From positions 146,563 to 210,562 of the forward strand of contig LURR01000012.1 in the NCBI GenBank assembly GCA_001628485.1: DNA of 64,000 bases, in the 5' to 3' direction. Made by a program: the position numbers and the translations under genes. Below are positions 1 through 9,059 of this stretch, in pieces (position 1 is the first letter of the stretch; each line of letters opens with the position of its first letter). The stretch is from Marine group II euryarchaeote REDSEA-S11_B3N4. GTDB lineage: Archaea > Thermoplasmatota > Poseidoniia > Poseidoniales > Thalassarchaeaceae. Under the pieces are notes generated by a model that was given only the letters and a program-made list of their open reading frames with translations, did no database searches and was not told the origin of the DNA.

Positions 1-100
1 TCTCTGTTTGGTAGGAAAAGATAGCCATGGAACTCGGCATAATCATCAGGGCTACGAGTAGAAGAGATAGCCGACCCCTTACCGCGTTGCCACTGGACAT
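1..100 (-). CDS. N-terminus of a secreted/membrane protein (runs off the window edge)
   Basis: ATG at 100 on the minus strand gives MSSGNAVRGRLSLLLVALMIMPSSMAIFSYQTE..., which is signal-peptide-like and open to position 1; AGGAGG lies just upstream. Not in the ORF track. Confidence 0.6.
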   Translation of the reverse strand, partial: MSSGNAVRGRLSLLLVALMIMPSSMAIFSYQTE

Positions 101-102
101 AA

Positions 103-123
103 TCCTCCTACGTAGTAGGAGGA
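103..123. promoter_or_regulatory. Perfect 9-bp inverted repeat (TCCTCCTAC-gta-GTAGGAGGA) covering the SD-like sequence of the minus-strand gene
   Basis: Read directly from the sequence; function inferred. Confidence 0.4.
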
Positions 124-269
124 CATTAAAATTGCCTAAAATTTTGATTTCTAAATTTGACAATCTGGCTTTCAGAATTAGATTTTATTAACACTGTTTT
201 GAAGCGAAATTTTAGACATAGTTTTCCGTGAAAAACATCACATACACTGTCCTTACTCGGCTGATTCCA

Positions 270-2378
270 ATGGTTGAAAAAGACCTCTCTTCGACAGTCT
301 CTGAAGTAGACGAAAACATGGACAAGGTTGCATCTCATGATGCAGAATCAGAAGATAAGTTGGACCAAGAGTTGGATAGGATTAGGGATAGACGAGAGAA
401 TCCAGGAAAGAGCTTCTTGGTCAATACAGTCGTCCCTAAGACATTCGATGACTATACTCTGGTCTTCGGCGTGGTGACTGGCTTGGTTTTCTTCGGAATG
501 ATAACTCTGGCCTCATCTGGATTGGTTCTGGGTGACTCGATCATTATCGATGATACTCTATCCGGAACTCCTCTGGATCCGAATGACTGCGTGGATAGAA
601 GAGGCGAGGTTTGGATCAAGTCCTGGGTCCAGGGAGATGATCTAGAGATCGAGAGTCATAACTTGGAACCCTCTATGACATTCGGTATTCTTGTTGCAGT
701 CTGGAACGAGTCTTCTGTTGAGTCAGATGGAGGCGTGGGAGATCCAACATTGACGATGGGGGAATCGGGAACTGGCGACTTATCGATAGAATTGAACAGC
801 GACGGTTTGGAGGACGGCCATTACATTGTTAGAATCGGAATTTTGGCTTCAGATAGTGATTCAAGAGAATGGTCCGAAGAAGAAATAGTGGAGGCGGTTG
901 CGAGTCCCAGTGGTCTTATTTCGTTCAAGGAACTGGATATAGAATTGCATACCACTTCCTCATCCTCCCTGTTCGGGTCTGGGGAGACTCACAGGGAGAT
1001 GGAGAAGTCAGACGAGGAAACTAGAGCCTGTATGACTATTCAGGATATGGGGGTTTGGGGGTGGATCCTCATGGGAGCCGAGTGGGTCGGTGGCAGAGAG
1101 ACAGCAATGCTAACTGGCGGTAACGCAGAGGTTCCTCCTTGGTACATGGCAACGATATCTCTTGGGATGTCGGTATTTTTCCTATGCGTCCAGTACCCTC
1201 TGATGCACAGATTGTATCACAGGGAAACAGACGATCTTCTGACAAGCGAGCAAATGAACAGGCTTCTCGTTCGGACAATAGAAAAAGCATCGAAGAGACT
1301 TCACATCAAGCCAAATCTATCATCAATAAAGGTCCAGGATCGCGCTATTTCGGTAGATGTTTTCCTGCCCTACAATACCTCTAGGAAGACCATTGCCAGT
1401 CCCATCGATGTAAAAGGAACGATCATCAAGGACATCCTGAATGAGTTTCGAATATTCGGGGAAATGAGGCCCCTCCAAATCAAGACAGTATGCACGGACT
1501 CCGACATTGAATCAGAAGGAACGATAGATTTCAGTGAATTTGGCGAAATCAGACTATCTGACGATTACAGCTCCTTCTTCTCCTCAATGGGGCAGTTCGG
1601 TAAACTCGAAGAGGCATTCAGAGAGAGCATGTCTAGATGGTTCCGGAAGCACGACGTCGCTGACTACGGCTCAGCAATTTTGGCCGATGAGGATGCAGTA
1701 TTCGTCAGAGTGATTTACAGGCCTGTGACTAGGTTTGCATACTTCCTGTTCAAGCCAACCTATCAGCACCTTCAAGGAGATCTAAGGAAGCATCTGGGAA
1801 ATGACCTAGAGTCCCTATTGCAAGGTCGGACACTTGTTGTGAGCGCGAGGAACGAAAAATCAACCCTAGGAGATAGAGCCGTTGCAGGCAGAGTCGAGCA
1901 GGGGACCGAAGAACACGAAGGGGAGGCAATGGTGGCAAAGAGAGGAGGAATCCCGGGGGCTCTTCTCCAGAATCCATTCATGGGAGACATCCTCTCGTCC
2001 GTGGAGTATGTTGCTCATAAGAACAGGAAGAGAATCGACAAGTACGGGTTCTGGGGGCTAATCGTTTTCGTTTGGATCCCATTCATGGCGAGCGGGGTAC
2101 TAGTAGGCGCCATGCTGGGCTTGGTTGCAAGGATGAGATTCCAGAGGGTTCTGGCTGCATGCTTCATCGGCGGAACAGCAGCCTCTATCACGTGGGCATA
2201 TACGGCTAGAGGGATAATCGAGGTAATGCACAAGTACCACGCAGAGGCATTCATCCCTTTCATCCTCTTGCTAGCAATTGGTTTCACGTGGCTCAAGATC
2301 AGGGACAACAAGAGGTTCAGGAGGGAGGAACTATTCAAGGACTCAATGGCCTTTTTCGCTGGCGCTTCGGATACATAG
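270..2378 (+). CDS. Multi-domain membrane protein with a C-terminal COG2426 / small multi-drug export-like (DedA-related) domain
   Basis: The C-terminal segment KYGFWGLIVFVWIPFMASGVLVGAMLG...IGG matches the COG2426 pattern. Also has an N-terminal TM and an acidic extracellular domain. ATG 270 preferred over GTG 228. Confidence 0.7.
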   Translation: MVEKDLSSTVSEVDENMDKVASHDAESEDKLDQELDRIRDRRENPGKSFLVNTVVPKTFDDYTLVFGVVTGLVFFGMITLASSGLVLGDSIIIDDTLSGTPLDPNDCVDRRGEVWIKSWVQGDDLEIESHNLEPSMTFGILVAVWNESSVESDGGVGDPTLTMGESGTGDLSIELNSDGLEDGHYIVRIGILASDSDSREWSEEEIVEAVASPSGLISFKELDIELHTTSSSSLFGSGETHREMEKSDEETRACMTIQDMGVWGWILMGAEWVGGRETAMLTGGNAEVPPWYMATISLGMSVFFLCVQYPLMHRLYHRETDDLLTSEQMNRLLVRTIEKASKRLHIKPNLSSIKVQDRAISVDVFLPYNTSRKTIASPIDVKGTIIKDILNEFRIFGEMRPLQIKTVCTDSDIESEGTIDFSEFGEIRLSDDYSSFFSSMGQFGKLEEAFRESMSRWFRKHDVADYGSAILADEDAVFVRVIYRPVTRFAYFLFKPTYQHLQGDLRKHLGNDLESLLQGRTLVVSARNEKSTLGDRAVAGRVEQGTEEHEGEAMVAKRGGIPGALLQNPFMGDILSSVEYVAHKNRKRIDKYGFWGLIVFVWIPFMASGVLVGAMLGLVARMRFQRVLAACFIGGTAASITWAYTARGIIEVMHKYHAEAFIPFILLLAIGFTWLKIRDNKRFRREELFKDSMAFFAGASDT

Positions 2379-2426
2379 CCCAGAAGTCATTTTGAAGGCC
2401 TGCCGACTCGAAAAACTGGGTATAAC

Positions 2427-3143
2427 ATGGCACTCGTGAAAATCAGTGGATTGGAGAGGCACTACCAAATGGCCTCAGAGACAGTAAGAGCTCTGGATGG
2501 GGTTGATCTGGAGATAAATGAAGGTGAAAGAATCATACTTCTGGGACCATCTGGTTCTGGAAAGACCACGCTTCTCAACTGCTTATCTGCATTGGACAGC
2601 CCGACATCCGGAGAATACCAATTCTCGGGCAACAAGGTCCCAAAGAACGAATCAGAGGCCATGACTACATTCAGAAGAGAGAACATTGGATACGTTTTCC
2701 AATTCTTCAATTTACTACAGGACCTTACTGTTTTGGAGAACCTACTGCTAATTCAGGAGTTGGCAGGAAGCAGAGACGAAGATAGGGCTCGTAATCTACT
2801 AGCACTTGTAGGACTCGAAGGCGAGGTCGACCGATTTCCAGCAGAGATCAGTGGTGGCCAGCAGCAGAGAGTAGCCATTGCTAGGAGCCTAGCAAAGAGG
2901 CCCAGGCTTCTTCTTGGGGACGAGTTGACGGGGAATCTTGATTCATGGACATCATCAGTTGTGATGGAAGTCCTAGTCAAGGCGTGCGACTCAGAGGGGA
3001 TCACATGTGTATTCGTCACTCATGACGAGTCTCTGGTGCAATATGCTACCAGAGTCATTAGGATCGATAGCGGCAAAATCATCTCCGATGAAAGCGGAGG
3101 GGCGAATGTCCCCTCCTCAACTCCAAAACACATTGTAGGATAG
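2427..3143 (+). CDS. ABC transporter ATP-binding protein (LolD/MacB-type)
   Basis: Walker A GPSGSGKT, Q-loop FQFFNL, signature ISGGQQQR, Walker B LLLGDE-TGNLD, H-loop VTHD. Confidence 0.95.
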   Translation: MALVKISGLERHYQMASETVRALDGVDLEINEGERIILLGPSGSGKTTLLNCLSALDSPTSGEYQFSGNKVPKNESEAMTTFRRENIGYVFQFFNLLQDLTVLENLLLIQELAGSRDEDRARNLLALVGLEGEVDRFPAEISGGQQQRVAIARSLAKRPRLLLGDELTGNLDSWTSSVVMEVLVKACDSEGITCVFVTHDESLVQYATRVIRIDSGKIISDESGGANVPSSTPKHIVG

Positions 3144-3145
3144 GT

Positions 3146-5608
3146 GTGAGAATGCTCATCCTACTGAACAAGCGTCTGGCAAGGAGCATGATGAGGTCAA
3201 AGATCAGACTCATTGCAGTGATAGCCATGGTAGTAGTGGCAGTATTTGCCGGGGTATCGTTCGCAGCTTACGCGCATACCGTCTCCGGCATGTATGACGA
3301 AATCTACGAGGACTCCGAGAATGCGGTTAATCTTCCAGATTTGTGGGTGGAGAACCCAAGTGGCACTTGGGATGGAGAAACCTCAGCCTCTCTTTGCGAG
3401 GATATCGCCAGTAATTGGCCAGATTCCGTTTTGGTCCTCAACGAATGCGAGCCTAGATTGAGGCTAGATGGAACGATGTTCTACGAAACGTCAGAGGCAG
3501 GGGAAAGGAAAGAGAAACCCGTCCCAGCCGTCTGGCACGGAATCGACGAGGGATCCGTAGACCGCGTGTGGATGCCTAGCCATCATTGCTGTTCCGGGAG
3601 GGTGGCCACAGGGGAATCCGAGATAGTCATCGATGCCCGCGTCGCAACCGGGATGGAGATATCCTTGGGCGATTCCGTGACCATAGGTGCCGGGAACGGT
3701 AGAATGAACTTCACAGTAGTGGGGATCGGTCTCCACTCAAACCATCTTTACTACGCACAAGACGGAGATCTATTCCCCGCTGAGCCAGGTACCTTTGCCA
3801 CAGGGTACCTCTCATCAGAGGGTCTGGAGAGATTGGCCAACATGAGCAGCGGCTCTTCGAACCTCCTCCTGATAGACATCTTGGGCACCCCGGATTACAA
3901 TCTCCCGTCCACAGATGAGGACGATGGCCCCGCACTCACCCTTGTCACTCAAGCAATGGATGAAATAATTTCAAGCTCAGTAGACTCGCCTTCTCTAATT
4001 TACGACCGCTCACAAGTTTTCTCAGTGGAAATATTACGCGCCGACGCCGAAGGGGCTATGCTGTTCTACATCCCGATAACAGGGATGATAGCTGCCATCG
4101 CTGGAATCACACTATTCCTTAGTCTTCAGAGGCTAGTCCAGTCCCAGTCCCGGGAGATAGCGATTCTGAGAACACTCGGCGTCCCAAGATGGGCAATCAT
4201 GCCATCCTATGTCATCATGCCACTAGGAATTGGAATCGCTGGATCTTTGCTCGGAGCGATTCTGGGTGTTTATCTGGGGACGCCCGCCATGTTGACCTTC
4301 TATGAGGACTTCATGGGCATACCCATTCTCCAATCAGCGGAACTCGGACAAATTGTAATGCAGATTGTAGTGGTTACAACAGCCGTCGTACTTTTCTCGG
4401 GGATACTTCCAGCCGTTCAAGCATCTAGGCTCCAGCCTCTAGAGGTAATGAGGGGGGAGCATGAGGTCAGAATTTCCTCTAGGAAGATACAGAAGATAAC
4501 TTCCAGACTTCCCGCAACTGCGGGCTTGACCATCAGATCTAGCATCAGGAAACCAGCGAGATTGACCTTCACATTCCTAGCAGTAGGACTCTCCATGTTG
4601 CTGTTCGGAAGCACGACTCTAATGATGTCATCAATGGAAGAAATGACCGTGGGATCAGTAGAAGATGATCAGAACTGGGACATCCAGGCCAATGTGTTGT
4701 TCGGAGGCGAGGATGAAGTGATACAATGGGTGGATGACAAGAGCGGCTATCACGAGAGAATCATTACCTTCCCAGCAAATCCAGTCAATGACTCACGAGT
4801 AATTTCGGCCAATGGAATGGAAGTCTTGTCGACGGAAAGCAGCGCACTAATCCAACTAGACCTAAAGGAAGGCAAGCTCCCCGAAGCAGGTCTTCAGACT
4901 AATCAGATTCTAATCGACGAAGGTCTGAACCACTTCCTAGGATGGGAGACAGGAGAAATCCAGACTCTCGTGTTCGGGTCAACCCCCGCGACCGTTGAGA
5001 TTGTTGGAATTACTCAGGGGGAAATGAGTAGAACCGTCTACTTCCACAGATCAGACCTGGCAAAGATAGTGGGGGTGGAAGCAACAGCCGTTCTGATAGA
5101 CCTCCCAGAGGGAGTATCTGCAGATAGTGACCTTGGCAACGTCTCACTAGTGATAATAGAAAAGCAGGACCTGATATCTTCGTACGAGTCAATTCTAGAG
5201 CAGCAGCAGGGCTTCTTGGGCTCCATTCTGTTTCTCGGAATCCTGATCGCAATAGTGGTGCTATTCAATACACTGATAATCAACCTCTCAGAAAGAGATA
5301 GGGAAATTGCAACGCTAAGGGTTCTGGGAGCCCCAATGAACAGGCTTGGCTGGATGATGTTCGGCGAGCACTTGGCGATAGGCCTGATTGGAGGGGTTCT
5401 GGCGTTCATGTTCACTTTGGTCGGAACTCAAGCAATGGTCTCGTCTTTCGTACAGTGGTCATTTTACATGACCGTATCAGCAGATCCGGTAGTAGCAATG
5501 CAACTAATCGGGATTGTTGTGTTCATCTCTGTCATCCTGACCCCATATGGTATGAGGAGGATCAGAAAGATGGATCTAGTCGAGAAGGTCAAAGACCTAT
5601 CGCAGTAG
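3146..5608 (+). CDS. ABC transporter permease, FtsX/MacB-like, two repeats
   Basis: Two REIA(I/T)LR(T/V)LG motifs, each followed by three TMs, with two large extracytoplasmic domains; directly follows the ATPase. Confidence 0.9.
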   Translation: MRMLILLNKRLARSMMRSKIRLIAVIAMVVVAVFAGVSFAAYAHTVSGMYDEIYEDSENAVNLPDLWVENPSGTWDGETSASLCEDIASNWPDSVLVLNECEPRLRLDGTMFYETSEAGERKEKPVPAVWHGIDEGSVDRVWMPSHHCCSGRVATGESEIVIDARVATGMEISLGDSVTIGAGNGRMNFTVVGIGLHSNHLYYAQDGDLFPAEPGTFATGYLSSEGLERLANMSSGSSNLLLIDILGTPDYNLPSTDEDDGPALTLVTQAMDEIISSSVDSPSLIYDRSQVFSVEILRADAEGAMLFYIPITGMIAAIAGITLFLSLQRLVQSQSREIAILRTLGVPRWAIMPSYVIMPLGIGIAGSLLGAILGVYLGTPAMLTFYEDFMGIPILQSAELGQIVMQIVVVTTAVVLFSGILPAVQASRLQPLEVMRGEHEVRISSRKIQKITSRLPATAGLTIRSSIRKPARLTFTFLAVGLSMLLFGSTTLMMSSMEEMTVGSVEDDQNWDIQANVLFGGEDEVIQWVDDKSGYHERIITFPANPVNDSRVISANGMEVLSTESSALIQLDLKEGKLPEAGLQTNQILIDEGLNHFLGWETGEIQTLVFGSTPATVEIVGITQGEMSRTVYFHRSDLAKIVGVEATAVLIDLPEGVSADSDLGNVSLVIIEKQDLISSYESILEQQQGFLGSILFLGILIAIVVLFNTLIINLSERDREIATLRVLGAPMNRLGWMMFGEHLAIGLIGGVLAFMFTLVGTQAMVSSFVQWSFYMTVSADPVVAMQLIGIVVFISVILTPYGMRRIRKMDLVEKVKDLSQ

Positions 5609-5611
5609 CGC

Positions 5612-6400
5612 ATGTACATGCGAGTCGTAACTTGGAATCTGAATGGTATCCGAGCAGCCCACAGAAAGGGGCTCGATGATTTCATCGAGAGGATAGATGC
5701 CGACGTAATGCTATTCCAAGAAGTTAGGGCTCTACCCGAGCAGATGCCCAAAGAATGGTCCGAGCCGGAGGGATACGAGGTGATTTGGCATCCTGCCCAG
5801 AAGAAGGGTTACTCTGGCGTAATGTCATGCTCAAGAGTCGGGATGGTCGAGATTGGGAGGGGCATAGATACGGATCTTGATGAGACTAGAGACCCCGAAG
5901 GCAGGGTACTAGTGACGAAGCATGGCAATCTGAGTTGCGTCAACATGTATCTTCCAAATGGATCAGCAAGACAAGAGCGTCAGGACTACAAGGATCAATG
6001 GCTCGAAGACATGCTAGTCTGGAGTCAGCAGTTCCTAGACTCCGATGAACCCGCTCTTCTCTGCGGTGATCTGAATATCGCGCACACGGAGGATGATATT
6101 TGGGATCCAGCCGGAAATAAGCGCACCTCGGGTTTCTTGGAGCATGAGAGGGAGTGGTTCGATAGAATGCTCGCATCTGGTTGGTCGGACCTCCTACGTA
6201 TTCACGTGGGAGAGGTCAAGGGCCCCTATTCGTGGTGGTCCAACTTCCGCCGAGCAAGGGAGAGGGATAGGGGTTGGAGGATTGACTACATCCTAGCAAA
6301 CAAGGCCGCAAGGCCCCTGATGAAATCTGCAGAGATAATGAGGGAGGGAGGGCTTGTCGTTTCCGACCATGCCCCTGTTATAGTGGACTTGGAGATGTGA
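5612..6400 (+). CDS. xth: Exodeoxyribonuclease III / AP endonuclease
   Basis: TWNLNGIRA, FQE, KKGYSGV, EGRV, YLPNG, GDLNIAH, GWRIDY and SDHAP motifs. Confidence 0.95.
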   Translation: MYMRVVTWNLNGIRAAHRKGLDDFIERIDADVMLFQEVRALPEQMPKEWSEPEGYEVIWHPAQKKGYSGVMSCSRVGMVEIGRGIDTDLDETRDPEGRVLVTKHGNLSCVNMYLPNGSARQERQDYKDQWLEDMLVWSQQFLDSDEPALLCGDLNIAHTEDDIWDPAGNKRTSGFLEHEREWFDRMLASGWSDLLRIHVGEVKGPYSWWSNFRRARERDRGWRIDYILANKAARPLMKSAEIMREGGLVVSDHAPVIVDLEM

Positions 6401-6473
6401 CTCCAATTCGGTTTTTTGTCTAGGAAAGAGGCAAATGGTACCCTTCAAGAGAGGGGAACATAGGCGATTAATC

Positions 6474-7268
6474 ATGACAGATGCCCTTGCAGGCCGTTTG
6501 GAAACGATTCTGCCGAACGGAAGAGGGGTTTGGGTCCCAATGGACCACAGCGCATCTTACTTCCCCGAACATGGTTTGTTAGACTCGGATAAAGCTGTAG
6601 ATGCAGTCATCGAAGGAGGGGCAGATGCAATAGTAATGCAGAAGGGCCCTATCTCCCATCACTCCATCAGGACGTCATGGGGACGCTTCGTCTGCCATGC
6701 ATCCTTGTCCACAATCCATGGGGGCGACCGTTCTCAAGACAAGGTCCTGGTTGCTACTCCTTCCGAGGGTCTAGATAGGGGAGCAGTTGCAATGTCGGCA
6801 CAAGTAAATCTCGGAGATCCGGCAGAGCCGGAGATGATACAGAGGATGGCTAGGATAACCACGGATTCTCATGAGAAATCAATCCCGGTATTGGGGATGT
6901 TCTATCCTAGGGGGAGGAACCTGATTTTGGATGATTCAGACTCAACTTCAGGGGTCGCTCATGCTGCTAGACTTGCTTGGGAGTTGGGGTGCAACGTCGT
7001 CAAGGTTCCTTGGACTGGGTCCGAGGAGTCATTCGGGATAGTAACCTCCTCTGTCCCGATTCCGGTACTGGTTTCTGGAGGTCCCAAGGACGATGACTTC
7101 GGTAAAGTTCTGGAATTAGTCGAGAAGTCAATCAATGCAGGGGGTTCCGGGGTTTGTATGGGGAGAAACGTATTCTCCTCCGAGGATCCAGCTTCCCGAA
7201 TCAGAGCATTGAGGGCCATTGTTCATGACGGAGTCAATGCAGAAGAGGCTTCCAGGCATCTGAGGTGA
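6474..7268 (+). CDS. 2-amino-3,7-dideoxy-D-threo-hept-6-ulosonate synthase (DhnA-type class I aldolase, AroA')
   Basis: PMDH, YPRG, ELG-x-x-VVK (Schiff-base Lys), GGPK and GRNVF motifs; adjacent to DHQ synthase II. Confidence 0.85.
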   Translation: MTDALAGRLETILPNGRGVWVPMDHSASYFPEHGLLDSDKAVDAVIEGGADAIVMQKGPISHHSIRTSWGRFVCHASLSTIHGGDRSQDKVLVATPSEGLDRGAVAMSAQVNLGDPAEPEMIQRMARITTDSHEKSIPVLGMFYPRGRNLILDDSDSTSGVAHAARLAWELGCNVVKVPWTGSEESFGIVTSSVPIPVLVSGGPKDDDFGKVLELVEKSINAGGSGVCMGRNVFSSEDPASRIRALRAIVHDGVNAEEASRHLR

Positions 7269-7272
7269 GAGG

Positions 7273-8208
7273 ATGCAGATATGGGTAGAGAATGAAGATG
7301 ACTTGGACCCGAATCAAAATTTCATCTCCCGCGTGTGGACTGGTTCTTCCCCTGATGTGGTAGAAGTCTCAATTGACGCTCCCTCTGATCAGGACGAGGC
7401 AATCTCTCTCATTGGACTTGTGCCGTGGATATTGGTCAGATGCTCGGATTGGACGATGATACCCCTCGAGAATCTAATTGCATCTTCCAGAGGGACCCAG
7501 ACAAGAATCGCCGCAGCAATAGATAGAGAGATAGAAATTTCCGGAGCAGCATTTGCACTTGGAGGGGGTGTCGATGCTATCCTTATCCCAGGACTTTTGG
7601 TAGACGACGCGATCAAGTTTTTGGGAGACAGATGGACGAAGGAAAACCCTCCAGAGAATGCAGAAATCAACCCCACAGAGGCAAGAATCCTATCCACTGA
7701 GGGTGCAGGAGTTGGTGAGAGAGTATGTATAGATCTGACAAGAAGGATCAAGGAAGGGCAAGGGGCAGCGACTGGCTCTATTTCAGGAAAGTTATGCCTA
7801 ATACATGGCGAAACTATTTCCTCAGAATATGTCCCCAATAGGCCATTCAGGATAAATGCTGGAGCGATTCACTCTTACATCCTAATGGCAGATGGAAGAA
7901 CGAAGTACATGAGCGAATTAGAAACTGGTGACGAAATAGCAATCCTGTCATCGCCCGGATATATCGAAACTGCCGTTATAGGACGGTTGAAGATCGAAAT
8001 ACGTCCACTTCTCGTTGTCAGATTCGAGATTTCTGGAGAAGAGGGTCAGACAGTAGTTCAGCAAGCAGAGACGGTTAGATTTGTTTCCCCAACGGGGAAA
8101 GCCGTTTCAGTGACGGATGCAAAGGCCGGAGACAAAATAACGGTATTCACAGACGATAGAGTCAGGCACATAGGAATCGCACTTGATGGGGGGATGGTGG
8201 AGAAGTGA
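7273..8208 (+). CDS. 3-dehydroquinate synthase II (AroB')
   Basis: DWTMIPLENLIA, GERVCIDL, RPFRINAGAIHSY, GRLKIEIRPL, QQAETVR and RHIG motifs. Confidence 0.92.
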   Translation: MQIWVENEDDLDPNQNFISRVWTGSSPDVVEVSIDAPSDQDEAISLIGLVPWILVRCSDWTMIPLENLIASSRGTQTRIAAAIDREIEISGAAFALGGGVDAILIPGLLVDDAIKFLGDRWTKENPPENAEINPTEARILSTEGAGVGERVCIDLTRRIKEGQGAATGSISGKLCLIHGETISSEYVPNRPFRINAGAIHSYILMADGRTKYMSELETGDEIAILSSPGYIETAVIGRLKIEIRPLLVVRFEISGEEGQTVVQQAETVRFVSPTGKAVSVTDAKAGDKITVFTDDRVRHIGIALDGGMVEK

Positions 8209-9059
8209 AGGTGCTAGGGGAGGGCGAATCGAACGGCGCGATATCCATCCTCCACGCTCTGGGACTGGGTAGGGGGTGCTCTATCGGCATCCAACTAACA
8301 ACCAAGGTTCAGATAGTAGAAGATGCGGTTGAAATCAAAAATGATAGAAACGGGCTTCTCGCTGCAGTAGAGAAATGCTGGAGGGATAGGGGCCTCCCAA
8401 CCCCAGACCAATTCGGATGGAAGGTGGACAGCTCAATCCCTATTGGCCAAGGGCTAAAATCGAGCTCAGCATTGTCTTGTGCAGCTCTCAGAGCCCTCAA
8501 TTCATGTGCTTGGGCCGGTCTTTCTAACTCTGAGATTGCGGATATCGCAGCTAAATCACAACTCATTTCGAACTGTGCTAAGACTGGTAGCATGGACGAT
8601 AATTGGGCGTCATTGGAACCGGGCTGGAAGCTAGTTGACCCCGCCCTATCTGCATCTGAGTCAATAATCCTCGAAGGGGATATTGATCCTAACCTTTCGA
8701 TCCTTGTACTACTAAGGGGGAAAAGAACAGTGGAAATTTCAGCTGAGGCCTTTTCGCAGCATGAGCAGATATTCGAGAGGTCACTGGCTTCCGTAATGAG
8801 AGGATCAATTCTAGACGCATTGTCATCAAATGGAATGGCCGTTGCAGCAGCAACCGATGATCAAGAAGCCCTGAGAATTTGCAATTTGAGCATCGCATCC
8901 GGAGCCATTGCAGCCGGTATTAGTGGATCCGGCCCATCAATTGCAATCGTATGCTACCAGGAAGATTCGACATCACTTTCCAAGCTATTTTCCGAATCTG
9001 GATTGGAGGTTATTTCAACAGGCATTTATGTGAAGGATGAGATTTCAGAGGTGCAATGA
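8205..9059 (+). CDS. aroK: Archaeal shikimate kinase (GHMP family)
   Basis: GAISILHAL, IPIGQGLKSSSA, TGSMDD and GISGSGPS motifs; lies in the aro operon with a GTGA overlap. Confidence 0.9.
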   Translation: MKVLGEGESNGAISILHALGLGRGCSIGIQLTTKVQIVEDAVEIKNDRNGLLAAVEKCWRDRGLPTPDQFGWKVDSSIPIGQGLKSSSALSCAALRALNSCAWAGLSNSEIADIAAKSQLISNCAKTGSMDDNWASLEPGWKLVDPALSASESIILEGDIDPNLSILVLLRGKRTVEISAEAFSQHEQIFERSLASVMRGSILDALSSNGMAVAAATDDQEALRICNLSIASGAIAAGISGSGPSIAIVCYQEDSTSLSKLFSESGLEVISTGIYVKDEISEVQ

